Shown piece by piece: positions 33,180 through 42,184 of a stretch of 64,000 bases of DNA; the stretch's first letter is position 1, and every line of letters begins with the position of its first letter. The position numbers and the translations under genes were made by a program. Under the pieces are notes generated by a model that saw only the letters and a program-made list of their open reading frames with translations, did not search any database and was not told the DNA's origin. This DNA is from Spirochaetaceae bacterium (GTDB taxonomy: Bacteria > Spirochaetota > Spirochaetia > DSM-2461). The stretch is from positions 288,001-352,000 of the forward strand of contig JAOPTT010000009.1 of the NCBI GenBank assembly GCA_051531975.1, read 5' to 3'.

Positions 33180-34964
33180 TTACAACTGACTGTCAATATT
33201 TCTATGTGGATTTCTATTTTCAGCCAAAGTAAGCATATTACTGACCTCTGCCCAACAACTTCCATTGAACACACCACCAACACACCTTGATGTTTCCCAA
33301 TCAGATAAGTTGACACGTTCACATATAAATCCCTGGGGTAATTTCTCTCTGGGTACTTTTATACCGCTACTTCCATGAACGGTAGCGTCTTTGGGCACAT
33401 CCCATGAGTAAATAGGTCTCTCATCTGTGGACATATACTGGCTGATAGTCGAAGAAATTTCCTTATACAGTTCAAAATACATTTCCTCTCCAGTGAATTC
33501 ATACAACTTAATGAGACTGTCACCTGACAAAGTACATATACCTGGTGCAGAGTGTTTATTTTGCACATTGGCAAACACAGAACCGGTGCTTTTCATATCA
33601 AGCCTGATAAATTCAGAACCTTCAGGAAATTTATAGTTATAAGTAACCACCCAACTGCTGCAAAGATGTGCTGCACTCTGTGCATAAGATAACCATTTTG
33701 CTTCTCCTGTTACATCATATAATTCAACATAACTCTCCAACAATGCAAAGGCGCTTTCACTATCAGGACACTGAAGTATCTCAGCAGGACCACCTGTTGT
33801 AAAACCTTTGGACAAGTATGTTGTATAATAGCCATCTGCAACTAATTTTGCAGTCTCCAGATACTTTTCATCACCAAAGTATTGATAGGCACTAGCGAGG
33901 CCTGCACCAACCAGGGCACCGCTTGTTGATCCTCCGACTCTAATCTCTCCCGTTTCCACATCAACATACTGTCCAATTTGACCATACCGATTAAAAACAT
34001 CTACAAACGCGTCGGCGCATTTTCTTGCACCTTCAATGAATGCATCAGGAATCTCTTCCATAATACTGAAGTGTTTAAAAAGGAAATAAAGTACATCGGC
34101 AGATCGTCTAGTCAGAGTAAATCCATCCGTACCTTCAACACCAAACCCATCGTGAACCACCGAACCATCTTCCGTTGTATTTGCGTAGAAAAAACCACTT
34201 TTACCCTGATTCTCGAAAACATGTTCCAAGGTTTTTATACCTCTTTCATATTCAAGTTTCCCACCTAATTTCATCATTGCATAACTGGATATTGCACCTC
34301 CAGTCCAGCCACTTTGCCATGATAACAGTGTCGAACCTGGAACATCAACTCCGTAAAATCCTTTTTCCTCATACCAGTTCATGGTATTATACTTATCAAG
34401 TTGAATTCTGATCTGTTCATTTCTCGGAAGAACATTAGGTAGTTCATCATCTAATCCCATAAGCTTTCTATTCTTGAAAAATATAGCAAAGAACTCCACT
34501 ATTGAATGACACTCTTCATTTATGACTTTATAGGGTATTTCCGCTTCTTTATCATGCCATTCATCATTATTTACAACCATCTTAGGCCAGACATACTTGT
34601 ACTTTCTCATAGCTGGGTAACTTAGTTGTATGCAGCCTTTTTCATAGGCTATACCTAGATTTTCTCCATCTATTTCCTGTACTGTAAAAACAAACAAACA
34701 TCTGTTATTGGACGGAGTCCATATACCAACGCAAGGTACTGAGACATCCCCTGTGGTCACTTCTATTACCCCACTTCCATCCATATTCAACCTTGGAACA
34801 TCTGTAATAAATGCAGGCATTACAATTTTTTGCTCATCCTGGTTGTACATTGGTGGATAGTTTTTCTTTAATGCTTCAAATTTATTACCATTATAACAAC
34901 ATGCAGGAAATAAAACATATTCATTGCTGTCGTACTCTTCGACATCTATTTTCACTATACTCAA
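33180..34964 (-). CDS. Uncharacterised protein, probable (alpha/alpha)-barrel carbohydrate-active enzyme
   Basis: Repeated 'L..AY..GDEKYL..A' and 'LYDVTGEAKWL' helical-hairpin motifs; operonic with the ABC importer. Confidence 0.6.
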   Translation of the reverse strand: MSIVKIDVEEYDSNEYVLFPACCYNGNKFEALKKNYPPMYNQDEQKIVMPAFITDVPRLNMDGSGVIEVTTGDVSVPCVGIWTPSNNRCLFVFTVQEIDGENLGIAYEKGCIQLSYPAMRKYKYVWPKMVVNNDEWHDKEAEIPYKVINEECHSIVEFFAIFFKNRKLMGLDDELPNVLPRNEQIRIQLDKYNTMNWYEEKGFYGVDVPGSTLLSWQSGWTGGAISSYAMMKLGGKLEYERGIKTLEHVFENQGKSGFFYANTTEDGSVVHDGFGVEGTDGFTLTRRSADVLYFLFKHFSIMEEIPDAFIEGARKCADAFVDVFNRYGQIGQYVDVETGEIRVGGSTSGALVGAGLASAYQYFGDEKYLETAKLVADGYYTTYLSKGFTTGGPAEILQCPDSESAFALLESYVELYDVTGEAKWLSYAQSAAHLCSSWVVTYNYKFPEGSEFIRLDMKSTGSVFANVQNKHSAPGICTLSGDSLIKLYEFTGEEMYFELYKEISSTISQYMSTDERPIYSWDVPKDATVHGSSGIKVPREKLPQGFICERVNLSDWETSRCVGGVFNGSCWAEVSNMLTLAENRNPHRNIDSQL

Positions 34965-35037
34965 GTTATTCTTCCTTTATTGATATAACTGAAATAATTC
35001 TTAAAAGAGGTTTCCCTCTTTTAAGGCTGTTAATTAC

Positions 35038-36573
35038 TTAATTTGAATAGAATGCATCGATCTGCTGCTGTGCCTCTTTTACAATAGCATCACCACCTGA
35101 TTTTCTAATTTTATCCAGAAACGTTTTTAATTCCGCTTCAGTATTCTCCAGGAAAATACCACACTCAAAAGCTGCGGAATATTCATCTATAATTGTACTT
35201 ACTGCGGACATTTCTGCTTTGACCGGATTTGAATCAAATGTAAATCCCAAAACAGAAGATGGGGTTGCAGAATCATTAAGTTCAGCTATAGCAGGACGCG
35301 TAAGTTTAGATTCGCCTTCCATTAAGTATGATTCCATATTTCCCGGTCCATATACCCATCTAACATCCGGATTATATCTATCAGTACCAACTTGAGTTTT
35401 TACAATAGTATTATCTCCAGCCATATTGTAATGAACACCTTCTATACCATAATTGATCAGGTTAAGAAAATCCTTATCACTGTAAAGAAGTTCAAAAAAC
35501 TGAATTGCTTTTTCAGGGTTTTTAGACGTCCGACTGATAGCAGTCAATGTTGCTGTTGATGAACTAGTCATAATAGTAGGATTATTAGGAGCTTTAAACA
35601 TCTCACTGTAGGTTCGGCTACCGTTGGATTCTGCAAGCGTAAGAGAGCCAGGGTGAGGATAGAAATTCCCATCCAACATCATTCCCACTTTACCTAAACC
35701 ATATAAATCACCTATGCCTGGCAATGCTATGGCATCTTCTTGTATATATCCTTTTTGCGCCCAATCAGCCATTAATAATACATAGTTCCTGAACTCATCG
35801 GATTTAAACTGATTCACTACTGTTCTAGTGTTATCTGCCAGTCTTACATAACCTGGAGCAGTCCTGCCTACAACATCATCAAATCCATTTGTCACCAACA
35901 ATTTATTCCAGTTAGCAAATCCAGGTTCACCACCGGCAGCTCCCCAGGCATAAACTTCCGGGTATTCACTTTTTACAAACTCAAGATAAGGTTCAAAATC
36001 TTTCAGACTACTGATTTTATTTATGTCAAAATCAATCTTTTCTATAGCTTTATCCATAATAGAAGCTGGAGCTCTCCACGCATTGGCCATATAGTTCATC
36101 TGCCAATTTAACATTCCATAAGTTTTCCCTTTAATTTTTGCTACATTTCTAAATTTCTGAGGTACAGTATCCGCGTATGCAGGTGCATATTTAGAAATTA
36201 AATCGTCTAGAGGTAAAAAAGCCCCTTTATCAACGTTTCCAGAGTAACTATTAGACCAGTTTCCAGTCCATGCCAAATCGTAAGGTTCTCCCGAAGCTGT
36301 AACCACCTGCATTTTTTGATCATAATCTCCCCATCCAATGTGAACAATTTTAAGCGTAGCTCCGATTTTTTCAGATAGAATAGAATTAATTTTATCCTCT
36401 ACAAGTCCCTGATCCAACTGCTCTCCGGGACCAATATGGTAGTACACCAATTCTACTAAATCGTCTTTTGTACTCTCAGTTTCACCACTAGCCCAACCCA
36501 TTGCCGGTAATAACAGAATTAATAACACTGCCAATACCATTTTGAAATTCATTCCTTCTTTGTTTTTAATCAC
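35038..36573 (-). CDS. Oligosaccharide ABC transporter substrate-binding protein (LplA/DUF3502-like)
   Basis: Signal peptide, SGEPYDL, NYGIEGVHY, LGFTFD; GGAGG RBS before GTG 36573. Confidence 0.9.
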   Translation of the reverse strand: MIKNKEGMNFKMVLAVLLILLLPAMGWASGETESTKDDLVELVYYHIGPGEQLDQGLVEDKINSILSEKIGATLKIVHIGWGDYDQKMQVVTASGEPYDLAWTGNWSNSYSGNVDKGAFLPLDDLISKYAPAYADTVPQKFRNVAKIKGKTYGMLNWQMNYMANAWRAPASIMDKAIEKIDFDINKISSLKDFEPYLEFVKSEYPEVYAWGAAGGEPGFANWNKLLVTNGFDDVVGRTAPGYVRLADNTRTVVNQFKSDEFRNYVLLMADWAQKGYIQEDAIALPGIGDLYGLGKVGMMLDGNFYPHPGSLTLAESNGSRTYSEMFKAPNNPTIMTSSSTATLTAISRTSKNPEKAIQFFELLYSDKDFLNLINYGIEGVHYNMAGDNTIVKTQVGTDRYNPDVRWVYGPGNMESYLMEGESKLTRPAIAELNDSATPSSVLGFTFDSNPVKAEMSAVSTIIDEYSAAFECGIFLENTEAELKTFLDKIRKSGGDAIVKEAQQQIDAFYSN

Positions 36574-36624
36574 AAAGTCCTCCAAATTAAATTATATTTT
36601 AACAGATTTTTACAAAATCTGTTA

Positions 36625-37539
36625 TTATCCTTTTACCGAGCCCATAGTTAATCCTTTAACAAAATATTTTTGAAAAAATGGAAATATAACTAACATAGGA
36701 GCCACTGCAGTAAGGCACATTGCCATACGGGCAGATTCTGTTGGGATACTGTCTGCTGATACAGAAGCACCCATCATGATCATTTTTTTAAGCGCATCAA
36801 TATTTGCCAACATACTTTGCAGCATGTGGGGTAACGTTATTAACATCCGGTCATCTATAAAGAGCATTCCAGTCCACCAGGTATCATTCCAGTATCGTAA
36901 AACCTGAAATAGTCCCAATGTTGCTATTGCAGGCTTGGAAAGAGGAATTACAAGAGAAAACAGTATTCTTATTTCCGATGCACCATCAATGTAAGCGGAT
37001 TCGGAAAGTTCCTTTGGTATCTGCTGAAAGAAGGTTTTTATAAGTAAGATATTAAATGCTTGAAGAGCATATGGAATGATATGCGCCCATATTGTATTTT
37101 TTAAATGCAGATAATTTACCATCAACATATATGTAGGTACTAATCCTCCGTTAAACAGCATTGTAAAGAATACAAAAAAAGAGAAAAAACGCCGGTATCG
37201 AAATGTAGGTAGGGATAGTGGATAAGCTATAAGTATGGATAGTATTAGGGAGATTACAGTACCTAAAACTGTTACAACCATAGAAACTATATAACTATCA
37301 ATTATCCGCTCTGGTGATTTAAATATATAACTAAAGGCTTCTAAATTAAATTGTCTTGGTATTATCTTATAGCCATGTTCATATATATAAGAATCTGATG
37401 AAAATGAGATTGAAATAACAGCTATTAACGGAATTATACATAACAGTGATATAGCTAGAAGTACTATATTCACAATCATCCTTGATAATGGTGATATACT
37501 ATTTAGTTTTCTTTTTTGGTTTACTTTAAAATAACGCAC
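36625..37539 (-). CDS. Carbohydrate ABC permease (LplC-like)
   Basis: FNGGLVPTY, ESAYIDGAS (EAA loop), FQKYFVKGLT. Confidence 0.93.
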   Translation of the reverse strand: MRYFKVNQKRKLNSISPLSRMIVNIVLLAISLLCIIPLIAVISISFSSDSYIYEHGYKIIPRQFNLEAFSYIFKSPERIIDSYIVSMVVTVLGTVISLILSILIAYPLSLPTFRYRRFFSFFVFFTMLFNGGLVPTYMLMVNYLHLKNTIWAHIIPYALQAFNILLIKTFFQQIPKELSESAYIDGASEIRILFSLVIPLSKPAIATLGLFQVLRYWNDTWWTGMLFIDDRMLITLPHMLQSMLANIDALKKMIMMGASVSADSIPTESARMAMCLTAVAPMLVIFPFFQKYFVKGLTMGSVKG

Positions 37540-38443
37540 TGTCTTTCTCCCATTTATTAACTACACCATTAGCTATCAGAATCGTTATAAGTCCGACAAT
37601 AGACTGATATAAACCAGCAGCTGTTGCCATTCCTAAATCTCCGGTAACTTTTAAAGAACGATAAACATATGTGTCCATGACATCAGTCGTCTTATACAAT
37701 ATTCCAAGATTTCTGGGCACATTATAGAAAAGACCAAAGTCAGCATAAAATATGCGGCCAATACTGAGTAAAACCATAATAGTAATAAGAGGGCGTATGT
37801 GTGGTAAAGAGATGTATATTGTTTGCTTCCATCGACCTACACCATCAATTGCAGCAGCTTCATAAAGTTGTTTGTCTACCGATATAAGTCCGGCGTAAAA
37901 GATAATGCACCAGTAGCCTATGTTTTTCCAGGTATTAAAAAAGATAAGAATCATTGGCCAGGATTTTGGATTTGTGTACCAGTTTACAGAATCGATATTA
38001 AAAAACAGTAATAACTGATTTAAAATTCCATAACGGGAACTTAAAAAACTATAAGCCATATAACTGACAACTACCCATGAGATATAGTATGGAAGAAACA
38101 AAGCTGTCTGATAAAATTTAATTGCTTTTTTACTAATTACTTCATTTAGTAATAAAGCCAGTGCCACACCACCTACTGTATTGCATATAATAAACAAAAC
38201 ATTATATCCAATAGTGTTTCGGGTAATTCTTAAGGCTGTATCTGTTTTGAAAAAGAATTCAAAGTTTTTGAATCCTACCCAGGGGCTTTTCAAAAATCCC
38301 AGATCGTAACGAAAATCCTTAAATGCCAGAAAAATACCAGCCATTGGTAGATAGTTATATACCAACATAACTGTGAATGGAATAATAAGGATTAAGAGTA
38401 ATTGTTTGTCTTGGGCTCTCCCAATTAGTTTTTTCTTATTCAT
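37526..38443 (-). CDS. Carbohydrate ABC permease (LplB-like)
   Basis: SPWVGFKNF, YEAAAIDG, DVMDTYVY. Confidence 0.93.
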   Translation of the reverse strand: MNKKKLIGRAQDKQLLLILIIPFTVMLVYNYLPMAGIFLAFKDFRYDLGFLKSPWVGFKNFEFFFKTDTALRITRNTIGYNVLFIICNTVGGVALALLLNEVISKKAIKFYQTALFLPYYISWVVVSYMAYSFLSSRYGILNQLLLFFNIDSVNWYTNPKSWPMILIFFNTWKNIGYWCIIFYAGLISVDKQLYEAAAIDGVGRWKQTIYISLPHIRPLITIMVLLSIGRIFYADFGLFYNVPRNLGILYKTTDVMDTYVYRSLKVTGDLGMATAAGLYQSIVGLITILIANGVVNKWEKDSALF

Positions 38444-38609
38444 GTAATAATTGTATGGCTGGCAAACTTAAACGGACAAGAGCCAAAATGCAGTGTTTTA
38501 TGTCAAAAAACTCATAATGTAAAAGTTTAAAAGTATCAAAAAGCAAAGATGCAGGATAATAATTAAAGATTCTCTTTGCCTGCAGTATTTCTTGATCTAT
38601 GATTAAAAT

Positions 38610-40892
38610 ATGCCTGTAAGAAATCAAAGTTATATGTTTAAACTCTTTTTCTCATTTGTGAGTCTAGTGACATTTATAGTACTTGTTAATTCTATTACTC
38701 AACTATTTCTATCAATAACAGAAGCAGAAAAAATAATGCATAATGCTGAACAACATAAAATGGAATTGATAAGTTACAGTGTTGACTATATGAATCAATC
38801 CACCAGGACTCTTATTCAAAATATGTTTTCAGATAATAATGTAAAGTTTTTACTGTCAACCAATGACCATGATTATTTAAAAGTACATAATTTTTTCAAG
38901 AATACTAAAAAAATTATAGCCAGCAGCCCCGAAGTACATTCTATATATCTATATAACTCAGTTCTTGATAACTACTATTCTACAACAAAGGATTTTTCCA
39001 GTACATCTGAAGATTTTTTTGATGAAGAAATTAATACATATATGAATCCTGGGAACACAATATTTTTAAAACCAATTTTCCGCAGACTCGCTGGTGGATT
39101 AGAAGTTTACTCATACATTTTATATGTTGATGTTTTTGAAAATATTAAATCCAGTGCAATTATTATAAATATTAAAGCTGATTATATAAAAAATATTATA
39201 GGTGGAATGCACTCAACCCTCTCATTAAATACTAAAATAATAATGACTAATAAAGAAGGTTATTTAATGGGGCCTGGAGAGAAATTGGAAGATATCACAT
39301 TTATAAAAAGGATTTTGGAAAGTAATAAAAAAAAGTCATACTTTATTGACACTTATCAGAATAAAAAAACATTAATAAGTTATATTTTAAAAGAAGATAC
39401 GGAATGGTTTTTTATATCACTGACCCCCTATAAGAGCATCACCGACTCTTTTAAAGTATTAAAAGTATTAATTTCACTTTCAGGGTTATTAATCCTTATT
39501 ATTGGTACTTTTTTTTCTGCACTTCTGGCAAAAAAGTTATATCTTCCATTAAAGGTTATTACAGAAACAGTAAGTGCTATAACTGGAAAAAATAGGTCAG
39601 GAAAAGATGAATTCACTTTAATAAAAGAGACCCTATCCGATTCTACAGCAAGGGCTGCACTTTTTGATTCATATAAACAAAAAAATAGCCAAACTCTTCA
39701 GACAGAGCTAATGAGAAAGCTTTTGAATCATACTGTGTCTGTTTCCGATGAAGTTATTAAGAAATGGGATGATTTAGAAATAGAGCTTGATTCCGAAAAA
39801 CCTTTTCATTTAATTCTAATTAATATAGATGATTTTTATGATCTTTCTTATAAACTAAGTTTTAATGATATGAACCTGTTATGGTTTTCTATAAATTCCC
39901 GATTTAGACAGGATCTAAGTTTCGATTTTAAATCACTATTTGTAAATATGAATGAAAGAGTATCCTGTATTATCGTCCAGAACAATAGTGAACCAAATAA
40001 CGGTGTTGAGGTTAAGTTAAGAAAGTTCCTCTCACTAATTCAAAATAAAATTTCAGAGGAGTTAGGTGTATCCATTACCATTACTATTTCAGATATTGGT
40101 CAAAGTTTATTATCACTGCCAAAGCTTTATTCTGAAACTTTGAATATGGCTGAATATCGATTATTAATAGGGCAGGGAAGCATAATAGAAAAAAAAGATA
40201 AAACTTTACAGACAACAGGATATCGTTTCCCTATTGAAGAGATACATAATTTAAATAAATTTATAAAAAACAGAGACTTTATTAATGCAAAAAAATCATA
40301 TTTATATATTGAAGAGAAATTAATAAATAATGAACCTTTTCAAATCCGTGTCGATTTAATACGTGTGATATCTTCTCTGTTTGATACAATTAAAACTTTG
40401 GAAATAAACAGCATTCTGGAATTTAATCTGGATTTCCCACAATTTATTGATGACTTAAACCGTCTGGATACAATGGGTCAAATTAGAAGCCTGTTTAATA
40501 ACTTTTTTGATAATATTGAGAATAAGTTTAATATTATTAAATTATCTAAAGTGGATGAGAATGTTGAAAAGATAAAAAAAATAATTGAACATGAATATTC
40601 AGATAAAGAGTTATCTACAAAAAGCATAGCTGACAAATTAAACATGTCTACCGGGTATATACGTCAACTATTTAAAGAATTTATGGGTGTTTCTATTTCA
40701 GAATATATTTTCTCAATAAGATTAGAAAAATCAGCAGAACTTATATCTATGCATAAACAATCATTTAAAGATGCAATGTACAGTGTTGGAGGGGATAATT
40801 ACCGGTATTTCTTAAGACGTTTTAAGGAGTATTTCGGACTGACTCCTAATGAATATCTTAAAAAAAATAATCAGGAATTTGTAGATAGATGA
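38610..40892 (+). CDS. Membrane-anchored AraC-family regulator (YesS-like)
   Basis: Two TM segments around a sensor domain, C-terminal AraC HTH; divergent from the ABC operon. Confidence 0.85.
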   Translation: MPVRNQSYMFKLFFSFVSLVTFIVLVNSITQLFLSITEAEKIMHNAEQHKMELISYSVDYMNQSTRTLIQNMFSDNNVKFLLSTNDHDYLKVHNFFKNTKKIIASSPEVHSIYLYNSVLDNYYSTTKDFSSTSEDFFDEEINTYMNPGNTIFLKPIFRRLAGGLEVYSYILYVDVFENIKSSAIIINIKADYIKNIIGGMHSTLSLNTKIIMTNKEGYLMGPGEKLEDITFIKRILESNKKKSYFIDTYQNKKTLISYILKEDTEWFFISLTPYKSITDSFKVLKVLISLSGLLILIIGTFFSALLAKKLYLPLKVITETVSAITGKNRSGKDEFTLIKETLSDSTARAALFDSYKQKNSQTLQTELMRKLLNHTVSVSDEVIKKWDDLEIELDSEKPFHLILINIDDFYDLSYKLSFNDMNLLWFSINSRFRQDLSFDFKSLFVNMNERVSCIIVQNNSEPNNGVEVKLRKFLSLIQNKISEELGVSITITISDIGQSLLSLPKLYSETLNMAEYRLLIGQGSIIEKKDKTLQTTGYRFPIEEIHNLNKFIKNRDFINAKKSYLYIEEKLINNEPFQIRVDLIRVISSLFDTIKTLEINSILEFNLDFPQFIDDLNRLDTMGQIRSLFNNFFDNIENKFNIIKLSKVDENVEKIKKIIEHEYSDKELSTKSIADKLNMSTGYIRQLFKEFMGVSISEYIFSIRLEKSAELISMHKQSFKDAMYSVGGDNYRYFLRRFKEYFGLTPNEYLKKNNQEFVDR

Positions 40893-41087
40893 ATCTCCGA
40901 ACTGACAATAAATTACCGCCAAAAAATATTTCAGTAATTTCATATTCTTTTAACATACCGATTCTGTATGTATGCTACTTCTAAAATCATTGCTTAATCT
41001 AATCGAGTTCACTCTCTCTTATCTCATCAACAGGAATTAAATTATTGCAAAGATTGTACTAATCTGACAAGAAAATCAGACTTGAAA

Positions 41088-41119
41088 TTGATAATCCCTT
41101 ACATATAAGGAATTATCAA
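41088..41119 (-). terminator. Hairpin downstream of ssb copy A
   Basis: ttgataatccctta-cata-taaggaattatcaa. Confidence 0.75.
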
Positions 41120-41127
41120 TTTAAAAA

Positions 41128-41478
41128 TTATACTGCTACGTCGAGAACCTCTTCCTCTTTTACAGTATTTGCTAAGGTTTTAAACTCCACATGTTCCGTA
41201 ACTACTTTTATCCTAGAGTGTGGATTCTCGATTTCATCTACCCACCTATCCTGTTTAAGCCTTCCAACAACTCTAAACCCTCTACCCTTACAAAGATGTT
41301 TAAGACAACTTTCAGCTATTGTGGACCAGACTTCTATATTAAAGTAGGATACCTCTTTTACATAATAATCATCTTTTTTATAACTTCTGTTAAAAGCAAT
41401 TGTGAAATTACAGATAATTGTATCCTGGGGAGTTCTTCTCTCTACAGGGTCTTTAACTAAATTTCCCTCTAACAACAT
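41128..41478 (-). pseudogene. ssb: Single-stranded DNA-binding protein, 5'-truncated (copy A), in frame with the upstream M23 fragment
   Basis: OB-fold SSB motifs; about 50 differences in 351 nt versus copy B; no RBS of its own. Confidence 0.85.
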
Positions 41479-42024
41479 ATCGTTATCACTATTCATAAAT
41501 TGCATATGCAAATGTGGCATTGTTGAATTCCCCGAATGCCCTAACTGTCCTATTGCATCATGTACTTTTATCTGCTGCCCAACTTTTACATTTACAGAAC
41601 CTTTTCTTAAGTGTTCTAATAATGCATATAGATTTTCTTGCACCTTTATCATTACATAATTACCGGTTACTAATTCTGGTGGTATACTATTTTTCATAAA
41701 ACCTTTGGTAACTTTTATGGTATTGATGAGATCTTTAAATATATTTACAGGATTCCTTTCGTTATTATCATTTTCTATGCGAATAACTTCACCATTAACT
41801 GGAGAATAAATGGTTTGGCCCCATCCATAGAAATCATCTAATTCCAATCCTTTTATTAAATACTGGAAGAAACTTTTACGATATGGCTTTTTGTTATTTT
41901 GTATCATCGCGAAGTCTATCGCATATTCTTCGCCAAACTTTGATGTCCCATGACTTGGAACTTTTGATCCAGGTGTGTTTGGTGATATATAAATCCCTTG
42001 TAAGGGAAAAGAAACAATGAGCAT
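41128..42024 (-). CDS. Chimeric ORF: M23 peptidase N-terminal 180 aa fused to SSB (298 aa)
   Basis: PNTPG..VPSHGT, YAIDF, GNYV, EHL, GHSGNSTMPHLH, then MLLEGNLVKDP; likely start ATG 42024. Confidence 0.8.
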   Translation of the reverse strand: MLIVSFPLQGIYISPNTPGSKVPSHGTSKFGEEYAIDFAMIQNNKKPYRKSFFQYLIKGLELDDFYGWGQTIYSPVNGEVIRIENDNNERNPVNIFKDLINTIKVTKGFMKNSIPPELVTGNYVMIKVQENLYALLEHLRKGSVNVKVGQQIKVHDAIGQLGHSGNSTMPHLHMQFMNSDNDMLLEGNLVKDPVERRTPQDTIICNFTIAFNRSYKKDDYYVKEVSYFNIEVWSTIAESCLKHLCKGRGFRVVGRLKQDRWVDEIENPHSRIKVVTEHVEFKTLANTVKEEEVLDVAV

Positions 42025-42184
42025 ATTTATACCTATATCCTTTTCATCTGATAATACTTTACTATATTTAAGATCTCTGCAGTAAGAACACAGTATTTCG
42101 TAGTTTGTTGAGTTTTTTGTCATTGTACACTTGTATTAGAAAACACGTTAACTTCATTACTTTATAAACAAGAGAGGAACAAAT

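Larger units (their letters stand above)
24605..41479. mobile_element. ssb-ended element A (16.9 kb), cargo Rpn pseudogene plus glycan-utilisation cluster
   Basis: Bounded by R2 and a 5'-truncated ssb; interrupts the M23 gene. Confidence 0.75.

Noticed and set aside
28537..33481. Diversity-generating retroelement TR/VR pair (28550-28725 versus the 3' end of 33180-34964)
   Set aside because: Mismatches are not adenine-specific on either strand, homology continues in further colinear blocks, and there is no reverse transcriptase.
22596..41479. Integron cassette array (R or the junctions as attC)
   Set aside because: No clear RYYYAAC...GTTRRRY pair or long attC-type palindrome, no intI, and one unit is 17 kb with genes in both orientations. 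A small bulged hairpin at 24583-24608 occurs at only one junction.
24206..41479. Composite transposon with ssb copies as flanking direct repeats, or a simple tandem duplication
   Set aside because: It does not explain the R copies or the M23 split. The copies are ~14% diverged, mainly at synonymous sites, and the cargo is unrelated.
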